From a virus (lineage: Duplodnaviria > Caudoviricetes): a stretch of 38,799 nucleotides of DNA. The number at the start of each line of letters is the position of its first letter. Position 1 is the first letter of the stretch. A program made the position numbers and the translations under genes. The notes beneath the pieces are model-generated. The model worked only from the letters and a program-made list of their open reading frames with translations, made no database searches and had not been told where the DNA came from. The stretch is from IMG/VR virus record IMGVR_UViG_3300034065_000102, positions 1 through 38,799 of that record; one strand, 5' to 3'. Positions 27,584-35,678 of this stretch are shown here, one piece after another.

Positions 27584-28335
27584 CGGCCAGCCTCCTTCCG
27601 GCGAAGCTGATCGAGCACCCGATCAAGGTTAGCCGCAGGGATGCTGGAGAATGATTCCGCGCCAGCGAACGCCAGAAACTTCTGCACGTCCGCGCCAGCG
27701 CTCGTAACGCGGGTCTCGAGGTCCATCGCCTGCTCCTCGGTGATGCTCTTGCCGTTTCCGACGATGGCCGCATCCTCCTCGTTGCCGGGGCGGCGCATGA
27801 TGCCAAGGGCGTCGCACAGCGCCTCGCGTTGCGCCTTCGTGGCCGATCCGATGTCGGCATCCGAGGGGCTGTCACCGGCCCCGATTCGCACTGTGCATTC
27901 GCTGGTCCGCTCGTGGCCTCCCCGGTGAATCAGTGTGCAGACCCCCGTTACGCGGTCCAGCGCCGGGCGCGTGGTGGTGAGTGAGATCGAGAATCCAAAG
28001 CGGGTCAAGAATGGCTTGGCCTGCCGCATGATGTCCTCCGTTGGCGCGTAGCGGAACTTCACCCCGCCGCTTTTCAGCGGCACGATCTTGGACGCGACCA
28101 CCTCGGGCATCTGCGCTTGCATCTGCGCGAAGTCGGCCGCGAATTGCCGCTTTGCCTCGCGGTCCTCCTGCCGCTCCATGAGTGCGGCGAGGCGCTCGAC
28201 CACCCCAGCCGTCTCTGGGGTGATCTCCCGCTGGACAGCGACGGATAGCATCTCCGCAATCGTCGGCTGGCGGGCCGGGACGGCCACCGGCATGGCGTCA
28301 ACGCGGGCAAGTTCGCCGCTCATGCTATCACTCAC
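27580..28335 (-). CDS. erf: ERF-family single-strand annealing protein
   Basis: FRYAPTEDI, CTLIHRGGHE, IGSATKAQREALCDALGI; adjacent to exonuclease. Confidence 0.8.
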   Translation of the reverse strand: MSDSMSGELARVDAMPVAVPARQPTIAEMLSVAVQREITPETAGVVERLAALMERQEDREAKRQFAADFAQMQAQMPEVVASKIVPLKSGGVKFRYAPTEDIMRQAKPFLTRFGFSISLTTTRPALDRVTGVCTLIHRGGHERTSECTVRIGAGDSPSDADIGSATKAQREALCDALGIMRRPGNEEDAAIVGNGKSITEEQAMDLETRVTSAGADVQKFLAFAGAESFSSIPAANLDRVLDQLRRKEAGR

Positions 28336-28546
28336 GCGGCACCTCCAACGCCGCGAAGTGCGCGGACTTGCTCCGGTAGGTCACCGGACGGGCGTTCGTC
28401 GTTGCGCGCTCGTAGGCCCCGCACCTCATCCGGCAGGCCGCACCACAGAACTCGGCGGTTGCGATGGCGGCGGAGAATCCACCACCACACCAGCGGCACA
28501 CGCACTGGTGCTTTCTCTCACGGCTGACTTTTACTTTCTTGATCAT
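28328..28546 (-). CDS. Small Zn-finger protein
   Basis: CRWCGGGF...AEFCGAACR. Confidence 0.6.
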   Translation of the reverse strand: MIKKVKVSRERKHQCVCRWCGGGFSAAIATAEFCGAACRMRCGAYERATTNARPVTYRSKSAHFAALEVPRE

Positions 28547-28554
28547 ACGGTTGT

Positions 28555-28582
28555 AATTTACGGGTTATCGGCGAATTGTCAA
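28555..28582 (-). promoter_or_regulatory. Putative sigma70 promoter for recombination operon
   Basis: TTGACA-16 nt-TAAATT just upstream of ATG 28546. Confidence 0.55.
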
Positions 28583-28824
28583 TAGGTCTCTTCTGAGTTA
28601 TTTGAGGCTCATATCCAAGCGCCGCAGTTCGGCTGCAACTCGATGTTACCGTTGGTTCTCGAGGGACTTCAGCCACTTCACAGCCCACGTCCCAAGCACG
28701 CCATGCCAGTAGGAGTATCGTCTCAGGTGCTTCGACTTGGACTTGCGCCCACCACCGCGCATAGATGCGTTGGTTGCGTTCTGTAACGCCGCATCGCTCT
28801 TGAGCGAGTGTCTGGCGTGGGAGG

Positions 28825-29148
28825 TCACTTGACGTCCTCCATGTCGTCCAGCGCCATCTTGCATCGCGGGTCTGTGGATTCATTTAGTGCGGACCTGGCG
28901 ATCCGCAACTGATCGCACTTGATGCGGGCGTCCTCGATGATGCCAGCGACTTTGCCCACCACCTCGGCGCGATCCGCGCTCGCATCCCGCCGCGCTTTCT
29001 TCTCTCGGAGTCTCATCGCCAGCCACATGCGCCACGCGGCCATCTCCGCAATGGTCCATTCGCGCTCGGACAGACTCCCGGGAATGCGGCGCTTGATGTC
29101 CCGCCAACTCTTTTGGAACTCTGCTCTTTCAGTCTTGGTTATTGGCAT
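28825..29148 (-). CDS. Hypothetical protein
   Basis: MPITKTERAEF; overlaps the dnaB end. Confidence 0.55.
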   Translation of the reverse strand: MPITKTERAEFQKSWRDIKRRIPGSLSEREWTIAEMAAWRMWLAMRLREKKARRDASADRAEVVGKVAGIIEDARIKCDQLRIARSALNESTDPRCKMALDDMEDVK

Positions 29149-30508
29149 ACCGTCTCTTTGGTTTTGATGTGGGTATCGGGGTTGTTGGTGTTTCGTCGTC
29201 CTGCACTTTTGCCGAATTGCGAAACAGTGTGAACTCGGCAAAGAAAGTCAGCGGCACGGAGAATCCGCGCCCGCCGTCCCTCTGCTTTGAAATCAGCAGG
29301 TCAACCTCGCGGACCGGGGCCGGTGATGTCGCCTTTTCGTCCACGCTCCGCTCTTTCAGGATCCATACGTTGTCCGGGTGCTGTGTGAGCGTCCGGGACT
29401 CGCGGAGTTTCCCGTCGTCGTTCAGCTGGCTCATGCTTATAACGTGGATGCCAAGCTCTTGGGCAAGGTTTTTGAGGCCGAGGCAGACGGCGGCAACCTC
29501 TTGCTCCCGGTTAGCGCCCTTGGCGGCCCCAGACTCCACGAGTTGCACGTAATCCACGATGACAAGCCGAATGCCATGCTGCGCCCAGAGCCGCCTGGCC
29601 TTCGCGCGCACCTGCGATATCGTCAACTGTCGGGAAATGACGTGCAGCTTGCTTTTGGCAACGGTGGTGGTGGCAACCCGGAGATCGGTCATCGTCTGCC
29701 CGACGGCCTCGCTCATTCGGCGGAGATTCAGCCGCGCGCGGCTGGCCAACAGCCGCTCGACAAGTCGAGCGGCTGTCATCTCGAAGGAAAAAACAGCCAC
29801 AGGCAAGCCTTGGGTGATGGCCACCGCGTCAGCAATGTTCATCGCTAGCGACGTTTTGCCCACGCTGGGATAAGCGGCGATTATGGTCAATTCCCCGGGG
29901 GCCAGGCCGCCCGTGGCGCGGTCCAAATCGGTCAGGCCGGTGGAGAGGCCTATCAGCCCATCGCCTCGCGCCCAGCGGGCCTCTATGCTGTTTATCGCCT
30001 CGCGCACCAGCGAGGCGATCCCAGCGTCCTCGCCGTCCCGGGTGCCCGCAGCCCGAACCGCCATGACCGCCTGCTCGATCCGGTCGAGCGTCCCGTCCCA
30101 GTCTTCGCCCGTGGCGGGCTCGTAAAGCGCCTGGGTGCCCTCTACAAGCGCCCGGAGCATCTGGCGGGCCATCCATGCCCCCTTTACCGCTGGGAGGTAG
30201 TAGGGCAGGTTCAGCGCGCTTGGCGCGGCCTCATGGAGCCCGTCCACGTAGGCCGCGCCGCCAACGTCGTCCAGCACCTTGGCGGCCCGGAGGTGGTCGC
30301 AGAGTGTGATGCTGTCCACCCCGATGCGGTCGTCCCACATTTTGGCAAGCGCCGCGAAGATCGCCTGGTGGCGCAGATCGAAAAACGTCTCCGCCCCGGC
30401 CGGGAAGGCCTCGACCACCTGCCCAATGCAGGATTGCGGGTCCATCAGGCAGCACGCGAGGATTCCCCGCTCGTCGTCGGGGCAATGGGGTGGCAGGCGG
30501 TCGATCAT
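29129..30508 (-). CDS. dnaB: Replicative DnaB-like helicase
   Basis: LPPHCPDDERGIL, AAYPSVGKT, FSFEM, IVDYVQL, MSQLN. Confidence 0.95.
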   Translation of the reverse strand: MIDRLPPHCPDDERGILACCLMDPQSCIGQVVEAFPAGAETFFDLRHQAIFAALAKMWDDRIGVDSITLCDHLRAAKVLDDVGGAAYVDGLHEAAPSALNLPYYLPAVKGAWMARQMLRALVEGTQALYEPATGEDWDGTLDRIEQAVMAVRAAGTRDGEDAGIASLVREAINSIEARWARGDGLIGLSTGLTDLDRATGGLAPGELTIIAAYPSVGKTSLAMNIADAVAITQGLPVAVFSFEMTAARLVERLLASRARLNLRRMSEAVGQTMTDLRVATTTVAKSKLHVISRQLTISQVRAKARRLWAQHGIRLVIVDYVQLVESGAAKGANREQEVAAVCLGLKNLAQELGIHVISMSQLNDDGKLRESRTLTQHPDNVWILKERSVDEKATSPAPVREVDLLISKQRDGGRGFSVPLTFFAEFTLFRNSAKVQDDETPTTPIPTSKPKRRYANNQD

Positions 30509-31341
30509 GTTGCGAGATCCCCGCGGTATTTCGGCTTGTTGGCCTTCTCCGACCGTGCCCGGTCAAGCGTTTGGTCCCACTTCTCGAGCAGCGACTTGAC
30601 CGACTTCGGGAAATATTCGGGGTCGGCGTCGCGCAGGTCAAAAAGGGCGTCAACCTCACTGAGGCACTTCGGCCGGGCGGCAACGGTGGCCAGCAGGGTA
30701 TTTTCCATCGATGGCCATTCCTGGCCGTGAACCCGCTGGAACATGTCGCAGAGAGCACCACGGAGGGTCATTCCGTCTCCTCCCAGCCCTTTGGACGGCT
30801 TGCGGCCTCCAGGCGTGTAGCTGGCATCAACTTCGACTTCTGGGAATGGGGGGACATCCGCTCCAGATGGATCATGGCGGGTCACCCGATGGCCGTGTTC
30901 GGTTTCCCCCACCCCCCCTTCCGATCTTGTCTTGTCCTCTTCTTGTCCTGTCTTGTCTTGTCTTAAGGGTAAGCTTACCCTAGTGCTAGGGTAATGGTAG
31001 AGTAAGCCGGATTTCACCAACCCGTAGGAAGCCACAGCCTTGATAATTGTTCGGTGGGGGGGGCATGAAGCGGTCAGTTCCCCATACTGGAAATGAATGA
31101 ACTTCGGGAGCAGTAGCTTTGCGGTCCCCTCGCCGTTGGACTCAGTTCGGTCCCCAAGCTCTTTTAGGTGTTCTGGCCCAATCTTCTGCCCGCAGTCAGC
31201 GCTTGCCAGACCGAAGTCCAACTCAACTATCCCAACCTGGTTGCATCGGTCGCAGAGGTATCCCCACAACTGCTTTGCGGGGGCCGACAGGCGTCGGAAC
31301 CAAGGGTCAGACCATTTTTCGGTATCAGTGAAGCGTTTCAT
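30505..31341 (-). CDS. Phage replication initiator protein
   Basis: MKRFTDTEKWSDPWFRRLS, low-complexity linker, upstream of dnaB. Confidence 0.75.
   Translation of the reverse strand: MKRFTDTEKWSDPWFRRLSAPAKQLWGYLCDRCNQVGIVELDFGLASADCGQKIGPEHLKELGDRTESNGEGTAKLLLPKFIHFQYGELTASCPPHRTIIKAVASYGLVKSGLLYHYPSTRVSLPLRQDKTGQEEDKTRSEGGVGETEHGHRVTRHDPSGADVPPFPEVEVDASYTPGGRKPSKGLGGDGMTLRGALCDMFQRVHGQEWPSMENTLLATVAARPKCLSEVDALFDLRDADPEYFPKSVKSLLEKWDQTLDRARSEKANKPKYRGDLAT
30925..30964. repeat. TCTTG short repeats in initiator linker (possible origin region)
   Basis: About 6 imperfect copies; lambdoid origins lie inside the initiator gene. Confidence 0.45.
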
Positions 31342-31487
31342 GCGGCATCGAAATCTCGGAAGCTCGAACGGAGCAGGAGTGCTTAAGTCCGCCACCCGCG
31401 AGGGAAGGCAACGCTCCATTCGAGCTTCGGAGATCACGATTGACAGACTCAAGCACATCGGGATTATCGCACGTTTTTCCGCGCCTG

Positions 31488-31712
31488 TCAATGGGGGCGT
31501 TTGACCGATGGGGGTTTACCCGCGTTGACGGTCGTCTCTGTGTTCGCGAAAGGCCCCGCCAGCGAATGCCGGTAATCCGATACCAGCCCAGAAACAACCC
31601 AGGACACGCTTCGGCGCTGCCGCTTCGCCGTTTTGCGCAGCCACTCCTTGAGCGTCGGCGTGATGCTCACGGTCATGCGGACGACCTTCTCGTGCTTGTT
31701 GGGCGCTCTCAT
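31488..31712 (-). CDS. Ribbon-helix-helix (Arc/CopG-like) regulator
   Basis: VVRMTVSITPTLKEWLRKTAKRQRRSVSWVVSGLV. Confidence 0.75.
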   Translation of the reverse strand: MRAPNKHEKVVRMTVSITPTLKEWLRKTAKRQRRSVSWVVSGLVSDYRHSLAGPFANTETTVNAGKPPSVKRPH

Positions 31713-31852
31713 CGCAGCATCCCCCGGTATGTCCGGCACATGCCGACGTGCTTCCGACGCCCGCAGGTGGGACAACGGCCAGCGTGGAGGATGACGGCCC
31801 ATAGCGCGACGCAGGCCACCACCACGGCGACCGCGATTACGCCCGCCATCAC
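31709..31852 (-). CDS. Small membrane peptide with CxxC
   Basis: TM helix then RCPTCG; overlaps both neighbours by 4 nt. Confidence 0.5.
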   Translation of the reverse strand: MMAGVIAVAVVVACVALWAVILHAGRCPTCGRRKHVGMCRTYRGMLR

Positions 31853-32421
31853 AGCGCACCCCCAAGAGGCGACCACTGGCGCGCCATCGCCGCCGCCACT
31901 CCCGGAAAGGTCCGGCTGCGCTCCCGCCACCGCTCCGGCCCTGGGGGCATGCGGTGCACTCGGTGATCGCGGCCCGAAACAATGTCCGACGGTACCAGCA
32001 ACGGAAGCCCCTGTAGCCATAGGCACGTTGCTTTCGTTTCCCCGTGCCCGAATTGCCAAGGTTGGATGATTTGGTCCGGCCTGCGGATTCGGCTCGACAT
32101 GATGCTGACCGGGTTCTCGGTGCAAATGCGCGGGATTGGCGCAGCCATGAGGGTGCGCACGAAGTCCAGCGCCGCGGCCTGTTCCCCCTGCTTATCCCGG
32201 AACCATCGCGCACCGGAAACAGCCAAGTGCGTGCACGGTGGGTGAGCGATCATCAGATCCCACCCCTCCGAAAGGTGGGGCACAACATCGCCGCGAATGT
32301 GATTGCCGGTTGGCTGTTCCGACGCCAGCAAATCGCATGACCATGCGTCCCACCCGGCCGCCGCGAAGGCATCCCGAACGATGCCGGAGAACTCGCACGC
32401 AACCAAGATTCTCCGCGTCAC
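31849..32421 (-). CDS. Short C5-cytosine methyltransferase-like protein
   Basis: ILVACEFSG, WSCDL, IAHPPCT (catalytic PC), ENP, ERSRTFPGVAAAMARQW. Confidence 0.8.
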   Translation of the reverse strand: MTRRILVACEFSGIVRDAFAAAGWDAWSCDLLASEQPTGNHIRGDVVPHLSEGWDLMIAHPPCTHLAVSGARWFRDKQGEQAAALDFVRTLMAAPIPRICTENPVSIMSSRIRRPDQIIQPWQFGHGETKATCLWLQGLPLLVPSDIVSGRDHRVHRMPPGPERWRERSRTFPGVAAAMARQWSPLGGAL

Positions 32422-32636
32422 AGCGCATCCTCCCCGATTATGACCGCGCTGTCGGCCCGCTGCGCGTCGCCGGGGGCCATCGGCACGCGATACCCAGCCC
32501 CCTCCAGCGTCTCCCGGCTCACCGTGGATCCGCACGGGTGCCCCGGAATGTCCTGGGTGAGCGTCCATAGCTCGATGCCTAACATCACCCCGCAATATGT
32601 CGCCGGGGCCATTGGTTTCGGTTTGTTCATTTTCAT
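32418..32636 (-). CDS. Hypothetical protein
   Basis: LWTLTQDIPGHPCGSTVSRETL; coupled to next gene. Confidence 0.6.
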   Translation of the reverse strand: MKMNKPKPMAPATYCGVMLGIELWTLTQDIPGHPCGSTVSRETLEGAGYRVPMAPGDAQRADSAVIIGEDAL

Positions 32637-32644
32637 TTCAGTTG

Positions 32645-32668
32645 GGGCGGGGGAGCAATCCCCCGCCC
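32645..32668 (-). terminator. GC hairpin closing the pentamer array (terminator or processing site)
   Basis: GGGCGGGGGA-TTGC-TCCCCCGCCC, perfect 10-bp stem, no U-tract on -. Confidence 0.65.
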
Positions 32669-32676
32669 GTTGGTGT

Positions 32677-33599
32677 TGTGCCACTACTGTGCTCGGCCTT
32701 GCATTGCACTGCTTGGCTGAGCCCCCGCTCTGCGGGGCGATGCGTTGCCTTTGCCGTGCTGTGCGATGCCTTGCTTTGCCTTTGCTGCGCGTTGCATTGC
32801 CGTGCGAGGCACAGCAAAGCCTTCGCTGTGCTTCGCATGGCCCGGCCACGCCATGCCGTTGCCGGGCGGTGCAGCGCGTCGCATTGCCATTGCTGTGCTA
32901 GGCGAGGCTTCGCGCTGCCATTGCTGTGCGTCGCAGCGCGGAGCTGTGCCTTCGCCCCGCGTCGCCGGGCCTCGCTTCGCTTCGCCATTGCTTGGCTGTG
33001 CATTGCATGGCCTTTGCTGTGCTTTGCCCCGCGGCGCCTGGCCATTGCTGTGCTATGCGTCGCCCTGCTGTGCTTTGCCTTCGCCCTGCCCCGCAGCGCC
33101 TCGCAGCGCGTCGCCAAGCCTTCGCCCTGCCCAGCGTCGCCTCGCCGCGCTTCGCCATTGCTTGGATCTGCACCGCGTTGCGTCGCCCGGCATCGCGCCG
33201 CTTTGCCATTGCTGTGCTGTGCTGTGCGGTGCCTTGCTCTGCCTTTGCTGCGCGTTGCAGCGCAACGCGATGCTTTGCCTTTGCTGCGCGTTGCGTCGCT
33301 CTGCCTTTGCTGGGCGCAGCAGCGCTATGCAAAGCCTTCGCCCTGCATCGCCCTGCATCGCCATTGCTTGGATGTGCACCGCGGCGCCTCGCCATTGCTG
33401 TGCTGTGCTGTGCGGTGCCTTGCTTTGCCATTGCTGAGCGGCGCGTTGCCGCGCTTTGCCATTGCTTAGATGTGCACCGCGGCGCCTCGCCATTGCTTGG
33501 ATGTGCGTTGCCGCGCGCCGCTAGGCCTTCGCCCTGCGTTGCGTCGCCCTGCCGCGCGTTGCAAAGCCTTCGCCCTGCATCGCCTCGCATCGCCATTGC
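32677..33599 (-). ncRNA. Putative non-coding guide array: 150 GC-NNN pentamers in 27 hexamer-delimited blocks
   Basis: Parsed by hand; the periodicity is certain, ncRNA status is inferred from the 5-nt period and position after a RAMP-like gene. Confidence 0.75.
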
Positions 33600-34198
33600 T
33601 ACGGCAAAACCTCCACCGTAAACCGGCCCTTGCCGGAATTGCGCCACTGTCCAAGCCCGCGCAACTCGCCGTAGGCCAGCCACGCCATGACATAGGGGAC
33701 CAGATCCTTCGACAGAATCGTCACCTCAACGTCAAGCGTCGTCCCGGCAGGCACCGTCTCCGACCGGCACAAGCTGACCCTCGGGCCCTGCGCGGTCTCA
33801 GCCCTCAACGGACGCTCGCAGATACCGACCTTGCCCCCGGGCGGAAGGGTGAGCGGGATGAATCTGGGGCCGACGAAGATGCACCCATCGATTTTGGTCT
33901 TGTGGGCTGGGAGCCTCTCCAACCCGTTCCGCGCGTCAGTGTCGAAGCGGTTCATCGCCCCCGCGGCATCCTTGAAAAACCCCTTGACCTGGTAGTCCCA
34001 GATTCCGATCTGGTCCCCCTGCCGGTGGAAGACCGTAGTCCCGGCCTCCTCGCGGTGTTCGGCGGTGTCCAGCTCCTCCTTGCGCCGGTCCCCGTCCGGG
34101 GCTTTGGAGGCGATGAAGTCCGCGAAAACATCCTTGTTCGCGGCCTTGGTTCCGAGCATCTCCTGGGCGAGTGTCAATCTTACTTTCAGTTTTTGCAT
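33599..34198 (-). CDS. Stand-alone Cas7/RAMP-like protein
   Basis: N-terminal LKVRLTL strand, DYQVKGFFKDA helix, SETVPAGTTLDVEV, C-terminal G-loop GLGQWRNSGKGRF. Confidence 0.8.
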   Translation of the reverse strand: MQKLKVRLTLAQEMLGTKAANKDVFADFIASKAPDGDRRKEELDTAEHREEAGTTVFHRQGDQIGIWDYQVKGFFKDAAGAMNRFDTDARNGLERLPAHKTKIDGCIFVGPRFIPLTLPPGGKVGICERPLRAETAQGPRVSLCRSETVPAGTTLDVEVTILSKDLVPYVMAWLAYGELRGLGQWRNSGKGRFTVEVLP

Positions 34199-34222
34199 GG
34201 TGTTGTGTTTTTGTGTTGTTGT

Positions 34223-34248
34223 GGGGCGGCCCTGTTACGGGCCGCCCC
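34223..34248 (-). promoter_or_regulatory. GC hairpin upstream of the RAMP-like gene
   Basis: GGGGCGGCCC-GTAACA-GGGCCGCCCC followed by an A/C-only leader to ATG. Confidence 0.6.
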
Positions 34249-34336
34249 GTGCCCGCCGCTCTAATACGGGTAACGGCGTAGGTGTCGTCGATCCGAACGG
34301 CGGGCGTTCCCCCTCCGCCACAAGGTGGAGGGAAAT

Positions 34337-34438
34337 TCATTTGTCGTCACTTCGCACGGCCAACCACGCGACGGCGGCCATAATCACCGCGCCGACGATC
34401 AATCCGCAGATCCAACCGGCGCAAAACTGGTCGGTCAT
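34337..34438 (-). CDS. 33-aa membrane peptide
   Basis: MTDQFCAGWICGLIVGAVIMAAVAWLAVRSDDK; ATGA overlap; below ORF-track cutoff. Confidence 0.45.
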   Translation of the reverse strand: MTDQFCAGWICGLIVGAVIMAAVAWLAVRSDDK

Positions 34439-34689
34439 CGCATTGCCCTCCGTAATTGTGCGGCCGTATCGCTGGCGGAAGCCCTAACATTGGCGGGAAA
34501 GGAGCAATCAGCGGCAATCCCATCCAGGAGCGTCAGCGCCCCGGCCACAGCCCAGCGAAGCCCATGCGGCCGGGATTGCCGCCGGATCGGTTTAGTGGAT
34601 TCCGAACCGGCGGCAGTGTTATGAGAAGACGCACCCCGAGGTTTTCGGCCAGGAAGGCCGACGGGGGCGGGAGGAAGATTGGTTTTCAT
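34435..34689 (-). CDS. Hypothetical protein
   Basis: A-rich leader, coupled stop. Confidence 0.45.
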   Translation of the reverse strand: MKTNLPPAPVGLPGRKPRGASSHNTAAGSESTKPIRRQSRPHGLRWAVAGALTLLDGIAADCSFPANVRASASDTAAQLRRAMR

Positions 34690-34805
34690 CGATTATTTGT
34701 TGTTACGGTCATCGTCAGAGTCGCGGCCAGCAGCGCAGGCAAGCCCGTATGCGAGAATCAGGCCAGAGGCGACGAATACGCCAGCGGTGAACCAGAATGC
34801 GGCGC

Positions 34806-35003
34806 TCATTCAGCCCCCCATGTGGCAGTTTTGAGATCGGCCAAGATCGCCATGACCGTCCACGACCCCTCCTCGACCTCAGCTACCTGCAATGCCCGCA
34901 TCACCACACTAGCCTTGCCCGGATCGTCGCAGGTGCACAGGGTCACACCGTCCACGATCACGGCAACCCGAAACTCCTGAGTTGTTTTTGTCTCGATGTT
35001 CAT
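34806..35003 (-). CDS. Hypothetical protein
   Basis: Coupled ORF. Confidence 0.55.
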   Translation of the reverse strand: MNIETKTTQEFRVAVIVDGVTLCTCDDPGKASVVMRALQVAEVEEGSWTVMAILADLKTATWGAE

Positions 35004-35302
35004 TGCGCCCCCCCTTCCGCCCGAGCGATGGCGGCATCGACGCAGGCGATCAATTCATATGTCGGGGTGGTCGGAACCGCAGAGCCAGGGAGCTGCGCCA
35101 GCCGGTCACGGCATGACCGCAACGCCTCCAGCAACTCCGGCGCCGCCGCGAGCAACCGCGCATTGGCCATCGCCTCCGCGAGGCCGAACGGGGCAATGTC
35201 CATTGCCCCGATCTGATCGCTCCCCTGGCTGCTAATGCGGCAGACGGAGGGGTGATCGTCCCCGATGACCCACGGGCCGGGGGTGTGTTTCGATGTTTTC
35301 AT
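35000..35302 (-). CDS. Conserved small phage early protein
   Basis: KHTPGPW...ANARLLAAAPELLEAL...AIARAEG. Confidence 0.8.
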   Translation of the reverse strand: MKTSKHTPGPWVIGDDHPSVCRISSQGSDQIGAMDIAPFGLAEAMANARLLAAAPELLEALRSCRDRLAQLPGSAVPTTPTYELIACVDAAIARAEGGAQ

Positions 35303-35326
35303 TTAGTGATTTCCGATGCTGAGGCT
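35291..35326 (-). repeat. 36-bp leader/start repeat (second copy 36117-36152, 33/36 identical)
   Basis: Both genes start MKTS. Confidence 0.85.
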
Positions 35327-35346
35327 CGTTTTTTAGCTGACACAGA

Positions 35347-35607
35347 TCAGAGAGTCAGAGTGGCAGCCCCGGAAGCCACCAGATCCGCGCACAGGTCAAT
35401 CATGCCCGCGCTCCCCACAGTCCCCGCCACCTGCTCGCCGATGCACTCCACATCGGCGCAGAAATCCTCGTAATTGGCGCTGGTGATTGGGCCGTGACTC
35501 GCCACCCATGCCGACATCTGGCCGGTGATTACGGGGTAGCGGACTTGGCCGTCATTGATCACCGTGATTTGTTGCGCGTTGTTTACGATTTCAGTGTTAT
35601 TTTTCAT
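35347..35607 (-). CDS. Hypothetical protein
   Basis: Preceded by conserved leader repeat. Confidence 0.65.
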   Translation of the reverse strand: MKNNTEIVNNAQQITVINDGQVRYPVITGQMSAWVASHGPITSANYEDFCADVECIGEQVAGTVGSAGMIDLCADLVASGAATLTL

Positions 35608-35608
35608 T

Positions 35609-35647
35609 TTCGTCTTTCTTCGGCTCGGCTTACTGGGCCGCGCTCAC
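35609..35647 (-). repeat. 39-bp leader repeat (identical copy 38031-38069; variant 37547-37581)
   Basis: GTGAGCGCGGCCCAGTAAGCCGAGCCGAAGAAAGACGAA directly before ATG. Confidence 0.9.
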
Positions 35648-35678
35648 GCGGCCACCTCGTAGACCTCGGCGCTGCACG

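Noticed and set aside
28518-28883. Small gene between 28.6 and 28.8 kb
   Set aside because: Two competing frames and no motif; cannot choose between them
30925-30964. TCTTG 5-nt repeats as a second guide array
   Set aside because: Short, inside the initiator coding linker, and lacks the constant/variable alternation
32677-33599. Canonical CRISPR array
   Set aside because: No 23-47-nt identical repeats with unique spacers; no cas1, cas2, cas5 or cas6
32597-33683. Many long overlapping Ala/Arg/Cys-rich ORFs on both strands across the pentamer array, including one from ATG 33596
   Set aside because: The 5-nt period is out of step with codons, and GC-NNN units rarely form stops, so open frames are expected. 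Translation is not formally excluded.
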